From NCBI GenBank assembly GCA_029624675.1, contig JARSSP010000044.1:176897-208896 (forward strand): DNA of 32,000 nt, read 5' to 3'. Under the pieces are notes generated by a model. That model was not told the DNA's origin, ran no database searches, and was given only the letters and a program-made list of their open reading frames with translations. The position numbers were made by a program, and so were the translations under genes. Position 1 is the stretch's first letter. Each line of letters starts with the position of its first letter. Source of the DNA: Candidatus Contendobacter sp. (GTDB lineage Bacteria > Pseudomonadota > Gammaproteobacteria > Competibacterales > Competibacteraceae). Below, piece by piece: positions 1-8,178 of the stretch.

Positions 1-559
1 CTTCCACCCCTCCCCCCAGCTTGAGCGGCACGATCAGTTCGAACACCCGGGCCTGGACGTTGTTCACGCTGCGGGTTTCGATCACCTGCAACACTGGTTC
101 GCCGAACAGATGGGTGGGACTGTTCCTAAGGTCGCGCATAAACTCGGAAATGATGTTGTCGGAACGGGCAATGCCATTGAGTGTCACTTGGTTGGGAGCA
201 GTCTTGAAAGCGGTCACATAGATGTCTTGGGGCACCAGCCGCGCCAGCTCGTCCAACATCCTCACCATGCCAGGTCGAATCGCCTGCAATTTTTGGACGA
301 CATTGAGACGATCCACCAGCCGGGTTTTGACTTTTTGCAACTCCTTCATCTCCTCAGCCGCCTTTTTGAGCTGGGCGATTTCGTCGCGCAAATAGTTGTT
401 GCGCTCCTGCTGGTACTTGATGCGGTTATCGATTTCGGTGTACACCCCAAACACGATGCCAGCCCCCAACAGCGCCGTCGCCGCCAGTATCCCGATCAGT
501 TGGCGTTGCCGTTGGACGCGGCGCGCTTCGCGCCAGGGCAGCAAATTGATGCGCGTCAT
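1..559 (-). CDS. pilN: type IV pilus assembly protein PilN (C-terminus runs off the window)
   Basis: Absent from the ORF track because no stop lies in the window. A minus-strand ATG at 559 follows the pilM stop (561-563). My translation is MTRINLLPWREARRVQRQRQLIGILAATALLGAGIVFGVYTEIDNRIKYQQERNNYLRDEIAQLKK..., which shows the canonical INLLPWR N-terminus, one TM helix and a coiled coil. The pilM-pilN order is conserved. Confidence 0.85.
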   Translation of the reverse strand, partial: MTRINLLPWREARRVQRQRQLIGILAATALLGAGIVFGVYTEIDNRIKYQQERNNYLRDEIAQLKKAAEEMKELQKVKTRLVDRLNVVQKLQAIRPGMVRMLDELARLVPQDIYVTAFKTAPNQVTLNGIARSDNIISEFMRDLRNSPTHLFGEPVLQVIETRSVNNVQARVFELIVPLKLGGGVE

Positions 560-560
560 G

Positions 561-1706
561 TCAGTCGAAGCTCCTTAGGGCCAGTCCACAGGCAATCAGC
601 AACGATGGCGCGTCGCGCAGCAGGGCGTTGCTGTTGACCCGCGCGGCGCTCCCCATGTTTTTGAAGGGATTGGCCACCACCGTGGTCATGCCCAGCACAT
701 CCGCCACGACCCGGTCCAAACCCACGACCGTGGCGCCCCCACCCCCTAAGACGACGGTATCTACATTATAGCGGCCAGAAACATACTGGTCAGAGGAAAA
801 AAAGAACTGCAAACCATGACCGATTTGTTCGGCCAGCAGTTGCTTGAACGGCTCCAAAACTGTGGTTGGGTAATCCTCGCTTACCATACCGGAACGCTTG
901 GCCTGTTCGGCCTGGTCGCGGGGCAAGCCATAGGCCTCGGCGATCCGAACAGTCAGCTGATCGCATCCAAAGCGCTGCTCGCGGGTAAAGATCACGCGAT
1001 CCTGCTGAAAGATATAAAGGGTGGTAAGCGTGGCGCCAACATCCACGAGCGCCGTCAGACTATCCCGTGCCTTGGTCAGGCTCAGCCCGCCCTCGCCGCC
1101 CGCTTTGGGTAGGCTTTCCATCAACACTCGAAAGGCATTTTCAAGGGCGTAGGCTTCCACGTCCACGATCACCGGCGTTAGACCCGCTTCCTTAAGGGTT
1201 GCCTCTCGGGTATCCACGTTCTCTTTGCGCGTGGCTACCAACATGACATCCTGGATGTCAGTGCTAGCTGGAGACAAGCCTTTCGCCTCAAAATCCAAAT
1301 AAACCTCCTCGATGGGATAGGGAATGTACTGGGTCGCTTCAATCGCGATGTTGACCTCGATATCGTTTTCCTTGAAGTCCGCCGGCATTGGCACAGTGCG
1401 GGTGATCACGCTAGACGTTGGCACGGCGACAGCCGCGCGGCGCGTTCGGGTACCCGCCTTGCGGCAGGCTCGCTTGATCGCTTCCGCCACCCCATCGGTA
1501 TCGGCGGGGTTGCGGTCTTCCACCATGCCTTCGCCTAGCGGTTCGATGGCAAAACTGTCGACCCGAAACCGTGGTCCGGAACGGCTCAGTTCGACCAGCT
1601 TGACCGCCGAGGGACCGATGTCGATGCCCAAAAAGGGTTCTTTACGCGTGAACAGAGCCAAGTTACGCTTCCTCGCTTGATTGGAACGGACGATCGCTCG
1701 CTCCAT
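561..1706 (-). CDS. pilM: type IV pilus assembly ATPase-like protein PilM
   Basis: ORF 561-1727(-). It has the actin/FtsA-like PilM N-terminus FLGIDIGPSAVKLVELSRSG..RFRVDSFAIEPL. The track start at 1727 is TTG and the first ATG is at 1706. A TTG at 1661 lies 6 nt after GAGGAAG and would give MALFTRKEPFLGIDIG, the usual short PilM N-terminus, so the true start may be 1661. Confidence 0.9.
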   Translation of the reverse strand: MERAIVRSNQARKRNLALFTRKEPFLGIDIGPSAVKLVELSRSGPRFRVDSFAIEPLGEGMVEDRNPADTDGVAEAIKRACRKAGTRTRRAAVAVPTSSVITRTVPMPADFKENDIEVNIAIEATQYIPYPIEEVYLDFEAKGLSPASTDIQDVMLVATRKENVDTREATLKEAGLTPVIVDVEAYALENAFRVLMESLPKAGGEGGLSLTKARDSLTALVDVGATLTTLYIFQQDRVIFTREQRFGCDQLTVRIAEAYGLPRDQAEQAKRSGMVSEDYPTTVLEPFKQLLAEQIGHGLQFFFSSDQYVSGRYNVDTVVLGGGGATVVGLDRVVADVLGMTTVVANPFKNMGSAARVNSNALLRDAPSLLIACGLALRSFD

Positions 1707-1825
1707 GGAATATAGAAAATATAGCAAATGATCGTATCCACGGTGTCGTCAGGCAGCGGCCTGGCTTATCCGCGGATGGTCGCTGTCCTCGCCCTAAACC
1801 GCTCGCCCACGCCCGGAGTTCGCCC

Positions 1826-2440
1826 ATGTCCCGCCGCCTTCGTGACGACCGTCGCCTCAAAACCCTGATCGCCCAGGAATGCGCCCGGCTTATTGTCGAG
1901 GAAGGCATTCAGAACTTTGGCGCCGCCCGGCGCAAGGCCGCCCTGCGGCTGGCTATCAGCGATCGAACCATCCTGCCGGACAACGTCGCCATCGAGCAAG
2001 CCATGCTCGACCGCCAGCGGCTGTTCCATGCCGACCGCCAGGCGATCTATCTGCGGGGCTTGCGAGAAACGGCGTTGGACGCCATGCGGTTTCTGGCGCG
2101 CTTTCGCCCCCGCTTGGTCGGATCGGTGTTGAGCGGCGCCGCTGGCCCCCACGCCAGCATACAACTGCATCTGTTCGCCGACTCGCCCAAGGAAATCACG
2201 CTGTTCCTGCTGGAATACCATATTCCCTTCGAAACGGATGAGCAGCGGCTGAACATAGCTGGCGGCGTCCGGGTTTGCCTGCCGGTTTTTCGCCTCACCG
2301 CCGGTGAGGCCCGCATCGATCTTACGGTCTTCGCGGCGCTGGCCGAGCGGGAAGCTCCGCTCAGCCCGGTCAATGGCCGCCCCATGCGACGAGCGGGCCT
2401 GGCCGAGGTTCAGGCCTTGCTGACCGAATCCTGGCCTTGA
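1826..2440 (+). CDS. conserved hypothetical protein, 204 aa, function unknown
   Basis: ORF 1826-2440(+). Third codon positions are strongly G/C, as in the surrounding real genes, and the amino-acid composition looks natural. The fully overlapping ORF 1766-2464(-) is Arg/Gly/Ala junk. The gene is divergent from pilM. I recognise no family with confidence. Confidence 0.65.
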   Translation: MSRRLRDDRRLKTLIAQECARLIVEEGIQNFGAARRKAALRLAISDRTILPDNVAIEQAMLDRQRLFHADRQAIYLRGLRETALDAMRFLARFRPRLVGSVLSGAAGPHASIQLHLFADSPKEITLFLLEYHIPFETDEQRLNIAGGVRVCLPVFRLTAGEARIDLTVFAALAEREAPLSPVNGRPMRRAGLAEVQALLTESWP

Positions 2441-2485
2441 ACATCCCTGATCCCGCCTGGCCATGCTCCGAAACTTTGGTTTCGT

Positions 2486-2758
2486 TCACGCCTTGGCTGG
2501 ATTGTCAGGATGGGTGTCCACGAAATGTTTGAGCACCAACTTTAGCTTCAGCACCTTGTCGGCGTGGCCACGCCGACGCTCTTCCTCAATGTCTTCCAAA
2601 ATAATGCGCTTGATCATAGGGACGCCTTCCGGGCTATGCACCAGATAGCTGCCCAGTTCCAACGCCGCCATCTCCGGTAGATGTTCGTGCTCGGCGATAG
2701 CCTCGATTTCTTCTTCGGTCAGGTCGCTCAGATCCACGCAATCTAGATAGGTCAACAT
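2486..2758 (-). CDS. small hypothetical protein (90 aa) with an acidic N-terminal half and a basic C-terminal half
   Basis: ORF 2486-2758(-), MLTYLDCVDLSDLTEEEIEAIAEHEHLPEMAALELGSYLVH... A purine-rich GGGGGGAA stretch lies just upstream of the ATG on the minus strand. Composition is protein-like. I cannot name a family. Confidence 0.6.
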   Translation of the reverse strand: MLTYLDCVDLSDLTEEEIEAIAEHEHLPEMAALELGSYLVHSPEGVPMIKRIILEDIEEERRRGHADKVLKLKLVLKHFVDTHPDNPAKA

Positions 2759-3144
2759 GATGGGATTCCCCCCCGATCGTTTGATGGTTTAAAGCCCACT
2801 ACGACTCACCTTCAGCACGGCGCCAGCCCGCGCCGCCATAGTTTAAGTAAAGGTTAAACCCGACCCCGCGTCCATACAAGCGCAAACCCCATCGCTTTTG
2901 CACTTATCGCGCACCTTGTCCATCCAAATCGATCTTTATAGGGTAATACATGAGTTAGATAGTGGTGTATCCTAACGGCGAGAGGGGGTCGGACCGCCAC
3001 ACCCCGCCAAAGTGCCGAGACACGCGCCTTGGATCAGGCGCCCGCAGCGGGTGGCCATAGTGCCTCCAAGCCTCGGCGGCTACTTTCATCTCCGTCGGCG
3101 TGTCTTTCATCACAAGCCGTTTCGTTCTATGAATTCGTCCCGCC

Positions 3145-3411
3145 ATGGTGCGATACTATTTTCAATTGATGCCACGACTTCCCCACATGCCCGCCATATC
3201 CACTACCCCTGTTGCTCCGCCCAGTGATCCGCCATCCCCTTGTATCGGTGTGTGCGTCATCAACCCACAAACTCAAGTCTGCGATGGCTGTTTCCGCGCT
3301 TTGGACGAAATTGCCAGCTGGTGGGACTGCTCTCCCGACCAAAAGCATAGAGTGCTGGCCAAGGTGGATGAACGTCTGAAGCGCATTATGAGTGATACGT
3401 TTTTCGACTGA
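3145..3411 (+). CDS. DUF1289 family protein (putative Fe-S / Cys-rich small protein)
   Basis: ORF 3145-3411(+) contains CIGVCVINPQTQVCDGCFRALDEIASWW, which matches the DUF1289 signature C-I-G-V-C..C-x-G-C-x-R-x-x-x-E-I-x-x-W. The start is uncertain: in-frame ATGs at 3145, 3169 and 3187 all lack a clear Shine-Dalgarno. Confidence 0.75.
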   Translation: MVRYYFQLMPRLPHMPAISTTPVAPPSDPPSPCIGVCVINPQTQVCDGCFRALDEIASWWDCSPDQKHRVLAKVDERLKRIMSDTFFD

Positions 3412-3457
3412 CCCCTGGGCCATCGGTCAGCCTCAATAAGGTTATTTGGAGGATTTC

Positions 3458-4063
3458 ATGCCGCTCTCCGCTCCCGCTCCGCGCCAGTTGTTGCACCGAC
3501 GCATCGTGCAGTGCACGGGTTATCGCCGCGAGGATGGATTATGGGATATTGAGGGCCAACTCGTGGACACCAAGGCCTATTCGTTCCCCAACGAGGATCG
3601 GGGCGGCGTCATCCAGGCCGGCGAACCGCTGCACGAGATGTGGATTCGTCTGACGGTGGACGATCAGTTCCAGATCCGCGATGTGGAGGCACACACCGAC
3701 GCCGCGCCGTTCGGGCTTTGCCCCGCCATCACCTCCCGCTACCGGCAGCTGATTGGCGCGCGCATCGGACCTGGCTGGTCCCTCAAGCTCAAGGAACTGT
3801 TCACTGGTGTGCAGGGTTGCACCCACATGACGGAATTGCTTGGCCCAGTCGCCACCACCTTTTTCCAGACGGTCTACGGCCAGCGCTATGACGAGGAAGA
3901 CGCCAAACCCGCCGCCGATCGAGCACCGCCACCGGTCTTGAACACCTGCCACGCCTTGGCCAGCCACAGTCCAGTGGTGAAAAAGCGCTGGCCGCGGGCG
4001 TATAGCGGGCTAGATCGGGAAGGGGAGGGACGTCCGCAGCCGCTGTTGGACACTATTACCTGA
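3458..4063 (+). CDS. DUF2889-like protein
   Basis: ORF 3446-4063(+). The track start is TTG. The in-frame ATG at 3458 lies 5 nt after GGAGG (3448-3452). The GVQGCTHMTELLGP motif and overall layout recall DUF2889, but this assignment is from memory only. Confidence 0.7.
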   Translation: MPLSAPAPRQLLHRRIVQCTGYRREDGLWDIEGQLVDTKAYSFPNEDRGGVIQAGEPLHEMWIRLTVDDQFQIRDVEAHTDAAPFGLCPAITSRYRQLIGARIGPGWSLKLKELFTGVQGCTHMTELLGPVATTFFQTVYGQRYDEEDAKPAADRAPPPVLNTCHALASHSPVVKKRWPRAYSGLDREGEGRPQPLLDTIT

Positions 4064-4101
4064 GCGAGCCGCAACCCAGGGGGACATTGGTGACACCGGC
4101 T

Positions 4102-5100
4102 TCAGATCACCTCGGGTTTGGGATCACGCGCCAACAAAATTTCCACCGCCCGGCGTGGTTCCTGGCCATGATACAGGACCTGGTTAACCTGTTCGGTAAT
4201 CGGCATTTCCACGCCGTGCCGCCGAGCCAGCCGCAGTACCTCCCGCGCCGTGGCGGCTCCCTCCACCACCTGACCGATGGCCGCGAAGGCTGACTTGGTG
4301 GTTTCACCTCGGCCAATGGCCAACCCGAACCGGCGGTTGCGCGACTGGTCGTCGGTGCAAGTCAACACCAGATCGCCAATACCAGCCAACCCCATGAACG
4401 TTTCGCGCTGGCCGCCCACCACCAGCCCCAGTCGCGCCATCTCCGCTAGGCCGCGGGTGATCAGCGCCGCTCGGGCGTTGGCGCCAAATCCCAGACCGTC
4501 AGCGATGCCGGCGGCGATGGCCAGCACATTTTTGACCGCTCCGCCCAGTTCGACGCCGACCACATCGAGGCTGGTGTAGGCGCGCAAATTGGACCCGTGC
4601 AACAAGGCCGCCACCCGCCGAGCGTGAACCGCATCGCTGGAAGCGACGGTGACGGCGGTCGGCAAACCGCGTGCCACTTCCCCGGCGAAACTGGGTCCCG
4701 AAATCACCGCCATCGACCAAGCCGCGCCCAGTATCTCCGCCGTGACCTCATGCAAAAACCGCCCTCCACCGTGCTCCAAGCCCTTGGTGGCCCAGGCAAA
4801 ACCGACATCCGCTGGCAAATGCGGCCGTAACCGGGTCAGGGTAACTCCATAGGCGTGGCTGGGCACCGCCGCCAGCGCCAGATCGACGTTGGCCATCGCT
4901 TCCGCCAAGTCGACGTCGACGGTCAGGGTTGAGGGAAAGGGAATGCCAGGGAGATAGCGACGGTTTTCCCGCTCCCGGCGCAGTGGCGCGATTTCCTCGG
5001 GGTCGTGGCCCCACAGCCGGACCGTGTGGCCATTGCGCGCCAACAGCAACGCCAAGGCGGTGCCCCAGGAACCAGGGCCGAGCACCGCGACCGTGGCCAC
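4102..5100 (-). CDS. gpsA: NAD(P)H-dependent glycerol-3-phosphate dehydrogenase
   Basis: ORF 4102-5100(-). It has the N-terminal Rossmann motif VAVLGPGSWGTALALLLARNGH and GpsA-typical GLKNV/AIAAGI-type blocks. It lies downstream of secB, as in E. coli. Confidence 0.95.
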   Translation of the reverse strand: MATVAVLGPGSWGTALALLLARNGHTVRLWGHDPEEIAPLRRERENRRYLPGIPFPSTLTVDVDLAEAMANVDLALAAVPSHAYGVTLTRLRPHLPADVGFAWATKGLEHGGGRFLHEVTAEILGAAWSMAVISGPSFAGEVARGLPTAVTVASSDAVHARRVAALLHGSNLRAYTSLDVVGVELGGAVKNVLAIAAGIADGLGFGANARAALITRGLAEMARLGLVVGGQRETFMGLAGIGDLVLTCTDDQSRNRRFGLAIGRGETTKSAFAAIGQVVEGAATAREVLRLARRHGVEMPITEQVNQVLYHGQEPRRAVEILLARDPKPEVI

Positions 5101-5112
5101 GACGCTCTCGCG

Positions 5113-5586
5113 TCAGTGCGCCGCTGGCGGCGCAACTCCAGCCGCCTGCGCCTGTTGCTGTTGCAGACGCTGTAGGTACATGCCATCGAAGTTGATCGGA
5201 TTCAACAGCAACGCCGGGAAACCTCCCTTGCCGATCAGGGAAGCCAGCTCCTCGCGGGCGAAGGGGAACAGAATATTTGGACAAAAGGCATGTAGCATGT
5301 GTCCCATTTGTGGCTCACCGAAGCCACGCAAGGTAAACAGCCCACCTTGCTGGACCTCAGCCAAATAGGCGGTGCGCTCGCCGACCTTGGTGGTGATGGT
5401 CAGGGTTAACACCACTTCAAACAACTCCTCGGTCAACGGCGTGGCGCCGGTTTCCAGTCGCACTTCGGTTTGCGGCTGCCATTGCTCGGTAAAAATCAGC
5501 GGGGAATTGGGCGTCTCCAGCGATACATCTTTCAGATAGACTTTCTGGATTTCAAAGTGCTGGGGAACCTGCGGTTGCTCGCTCAT
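5113..5586 (-). CDS. secB: protein-export chaperone SecB
   Basis: ORF 5113-5586(-), FEIQKVYLKDVSLETPNSP..F...EVVLTLTITTK. The grxC-secB-gpsA order is conserved. Confidence 0.93.
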   Translation of the reverse strand: MSEQPQVPQHFEIQKVYLKDVSLETPNSPLIFTEQWQPQTEVRLETGATPLTEELFEVVLTLTITTKVGERTAYLAEVQQGGLFTLRGFGEPQMGHMLHAFCPNILFPFAREELASLIGKGGFPALLLNPINFDGMYLQRLQQQQAQAAGVAPPAAH

Positions 5587-5643
5587 GCGAATGCTCTAGG
5601 TTTAAGGTTGAGGGCTGATAGAGATCCGCCGGAAACGGCGGGT

Positions 5644-5901
5644 TCACAGGGGATTTAGCAGTGAGTCCAATTCGCCGCGCCGGTCCAACGCGACCAAGTC
5701 GTCGCAACCGCCGAGGTATCGGTCGCCGATGAAGATCTGCGGTACAGTGGCGCGGCCAGCGCGCTCGGCTATCTCGCGCCACAGCTGCGGATCGCGGTCC
5801 ACATCCAGCACCGCGTAGGTCACACCCTTCCGATCCAGCAAGGCTCGCGCGCGCCGGCAGTAGGGACAAAACTCGGAACTGTAAAGAACGATGTTCGACA
5901 C
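5644..5901 (-). CDS. grxC: glutaredoxin 3 (dithiol CPYC)
   Basis: ORF 5644-5901(-) has the CPYC active site, TVPQIFIG..LGGCDDL, and is 85 aa long. Confidence 0.93.
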   Translation of the reverse strand: MSNIVLYSSEFCPYCRRARALLDRKGVTYAVLDVDRDPQLWREIAERAGRATVPQIFIGDRYLGGCDDLVALDRRGELDSLLNPL

Positions 5902-5928
5902 AGCGTGTCCAGCCTGGTTATCAGGCCG

Positions 5929-6360
5929 TCAAGACTTCTTGCGACTAATTGGCAAGCGGGCGTCCAACCAACTTGGCAAGCCGCCGTTTAGGCTATGCAC
6001 ATCGGTAAAACCCTGTTTTTTGAGCAGGGCGCAGGCCGATGGGGACGTCGCGCCGGTGCGGCAATAGACGATCATCGGCTTGTCCTTGACCTTGGTCAAC
6101 TCACCCAGACGCTCTTGCAGGGCACTGAACGGAATGTGGCGAGCCTGCGGGATATGGCCTTCCTTATAGTCGCCCGCGTCACGGATGTCCACGATCACGG
6201 CGTCTCGGTCATTGATCAGCCGCAAGGCGCTGGTGGCGTCGAGAGTGCTGACCCCCCGCATCTTGCGCAGGATCTCGCCGCCGACCAACATGCCCAGAAT
6301 GGCGAACAGCGCCACGAACAACAGCCAGTTACGCAAGGCAAATTCAGCAAAATCGCTCAT
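5929..6360 (-). CDS. membrane-anchored single-domain rhodanese (YibN-like sulfurtransferase)
   Basis: ORF 5929-6360(-). It has an N-terminal TM helix (WLLFVALFAILGMLVGG) and a rhodanese active-site loop in IVYCRTGATS. Its position directly upstream of grxC-secB-gpsA matches E. coli yibN. Confidence 0.88.
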   Translation of the reverse strand: MSDFAEFALRNWLLFVALFAILGMLVGGEILRKMRGVSTLDATSALRLINDRDAVIVDIRDAGDYKEGHIPQARHIPFSALQERLGELTKVKDKPMIVYCRTGATSPSACALLKKQGFTDVHSLNGGLPSWLDARLPISRKKS

Positions 6361-6383
6361 CGCCGATCCCTAGGTCAAATGAT

Positions 6384-6602
6384 TCAGTTTAAATCACTGG
6401 CTTTTTTGACGCCCAGCTTCCACAGGATCATTTCCGCTGGGCAAAAACGAGTGAAGCCACTCTGAAATAGATTGAAGCCGACGAAGGCAGTGAACCACAG
6501 CCAGTAGCTGCTGTGATAGAGCGGACTGGCCGGCACCCCGAGCAGCAGCGACAGTAAAATAAAGGAACCGGCCATGATCCGGATAATTCGCTCGCTATTC
6601 AT
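6384..6602 (-). CDS. DUF2892 (YgaP-like transmembrane domain) small membrane protein
   Basis: ORF 6384-6602(-), 72 aa, two hydrophobic helices, motif FVGFNLFQSGFTRFCP typical of DUF2892. Confidence 0.75.
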   Translation of the reverse strand: MNSERIIRIMAGSFILLSLLLGVPASPLYHSSYWLWFTAFVGFNLFQSGFTRFCPAEMILWKLGVKKASDLN

Positions 6603-6630
6603 ACACTAACCTTTTTTAGAGCTATCGAGA

Positions 6631-6921
6631 CTAGTCCCGAGCGCAAAACACATCTCGCATCATGCCGATCAGGCGTAGGGTACGGGTGTCGCCCACTCGA
6701 TAATAAACCCGGTTGGCATCTTTGCGGCAGGTCAGGATGCTCTTGTCGCGGAGGATGGCCAGATGTTGGGAGATGTTGCTTTGCGAGGTGCCGACTTGCT
6801 CGACGATATCCTGCACGCTGGCTTCCTGGTCGCCCAGGGTACAGAGAATCTTGAGCCGCAACGGGTGCGACATCGCCTTGAGCGAGCGCGACGCCCGTTC
6901 GATATCTTCGTCGCGGGTCAT
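6631..6921 (-). CDS. ArsR/SmtB-family winged-helix transcriptional regulator
   Basis: This is the C-terminal 96 codons of track ORF 6631-7530(-): MTRDEDIERASRSLKAMSHPLRLKILCTLGDQEASVQDIVEQVGTSQSNISQHLAILRDKSILTCRKDANRVYYRV... That is classic ArsR HTH. The longer ORF would run antisense through gpmA. An alternative in-frame ATG lies at 6990. Confidence 0.88.
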   Translation of the reverse strand: MTRDEDIERASRSLKAMSHPLRLKILCTLGDQEASVQDIVEQVGTSQSNISQHLAILRDKSILTCRKDANRVYYRVGDTRTLRLIGMMRDVFCARD

Positions 6922-7215
6922 CAGAAAATCCGGCGGGACACTGGAATTGACGCTATGTCGCGCCACGCCGGCGCGTTCGCCGCGCATCATGTTCCGACCA
7001 AGCCTTGTCCGGGAATCTTGTCGACCAGCATAGCGGAATATGGCGCCATTGAGAAGTTGCGAGCGCCACCGAGTCCCCGACCGCCGAGCGTGGCTGGCGC
7101 AATCGGCTGACCGGGCGTATGATTCCAGCGTCAAAATTTCATGCGATCCGGATAACCCGCGCCGGATTCGATAACGACAACAAACCCCGCTGAACGACGA
7201 GGAGGCTTTTATCTC

Positions 7216-7968
7216 ATGTATAAAATCGTGCTTATCCGCCACGGCGAAAGCCAATGGAATATGGAAAATCGTTTTACCGGCTGGGTGGACGTGGATCTGT
7301 CCGACAAGGGCCGCGAAGAAGCCCGGAAAGGGGGTCAGGCGCTCAAAAAGGAAGGTTATGCCTTCGACGTGGCCTATACCTCGGTGCTCAAGCGCGCCAT
7401 TCACACCTTGTGGACCGTGCTGGATGAAATGGACTTGGCGTGGATTCCGGTACACCGGAGCTGGCGGCTTAACGAGCGCCACTACGGCGCCTTGGCGGGC
7501 CTGAACAAGTCCGAAACCGCCGCCAAGCACGGCGAGGAGCAGGTCAAGGTCTGGCGGCGCAGTTTCGATATCCCGCCGCCAGCACTGGAACCGAGCGATT
7601 CACGCCACCCAGCTTTCGATCCGCGCTACACCGGTCTCGACCCGCGAGTGCTGCCGGCCACCGAAAGCCTCAAGACCACCATCGACCGAGTGTTGCCCTA
7701 CTGGCACGATGTCCTGGTGCCGACCATCCGCTCCGGCAAGCGGGTGCTGATCGCCGCCCATGGCAACAGTTTGCGGGCGCTGGTCAAGTACCTCGACGAC
7801 ATTTCCGACGATGCAATCGTGGCCCTCAACATCCCCACCGCCGTGCCTTTGGTCTATGAACTCGATGCCAACCTGCGGCCGATCAAGAAGGGGGGGCAGT
7901 ATCTCGCCGATCCCGAGGAGCTTAAAAAACTGATGGACGCCGTCGCCAATCAGGGCAAGGCCAAGTAA
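7216..7968 (+). CDS. gpmA: 2,3-bisphosphoglycerate-dependent phosphoglycerate mutase
   Basis: ORF 7216-7968(+) has the [10 protein letters not shown] catalytic His motif, RFTGW and [17 protein letters not shown] lies about 10 nt upstream. Confidence 0.96.
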   Translation: MYKIVLIRHGESQWNMENRFTGWVDVDLSDKGREEARKGGQALKKEGYAFDVAYTSVLKRAIHTLWTVLDEMDLAWIPVHRSWRLNERHYGALAGLNKSETAAKHGEEQVKVWRRSFDIPPPALEPSDSRHPAFDPRYTGLDPRVLPATESLKTTIDRVLPYWHDVLVPTIRSGKRVLIAAHGNSLRALVKYLDDISDDAIVALNIPTAVPLVYELDANLRPIKKGGQYLADPEELKKLMDAVANQGKAK

Positions 7969-8178
7969 GCGGAATTACCCACTCCCGCATTCGCGCCGCC
8001 CCGCGCGTCGGGTTCCAGCCGGCGCGCGGGAGTTCCTCCAAAATCGCCTCCATTCGCATCGCTTTCCCTCAAGCACGCCGCGATTTTCGAGCGTGTTCCG
8101 TTGTCTTACCCGAGGAATGGGCCAAATATTTCCAGTTATCCCCTCGCCGCAATCAAAAATGGTTTTCGGAGTAAGCTA

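Noticed and set aside
1766-2464. 232-aa minus-strand ORF overlapping the 204-aa plus-strand gene
   Set aside because: The plus frame has the G/C-rich third positions and balanced composition seen in the other real genes. The minus frame is low-complexity Arg/Gly/Ala/Gln.
2955-3227. 63-aa (minus) and 71-aa (plus) ORFs in the large intergenic gap
   Set aside because: They have no RBS and Arg/Pro/His-rich composition, and they overlap each other. They are more likely chance ORFs in structured noncoding DNA.
6631-7530. 299-aa ORF on the minus strand
   Set aside because: Only the last 96 codons (6631-6921) look like a protein, an ArsR HTH. The N-terminal 200 aa are Gly/Arg/His-rich junk and run antisense through the start of the clearly real gpmA gene.
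7982-8033. Long imperfect GC hairpin after gpmA (ACTCCCGC ... GCGGGAGT with an inner CGCGCCG/CGGCGCG)
   Set aside because: It is plausibly a terminator or stabiliser for gpmA, but it lacks a U-tail, and I could not establish that it is a repeated (REP-like) element within this window. It is too uncertain to list as a feature.
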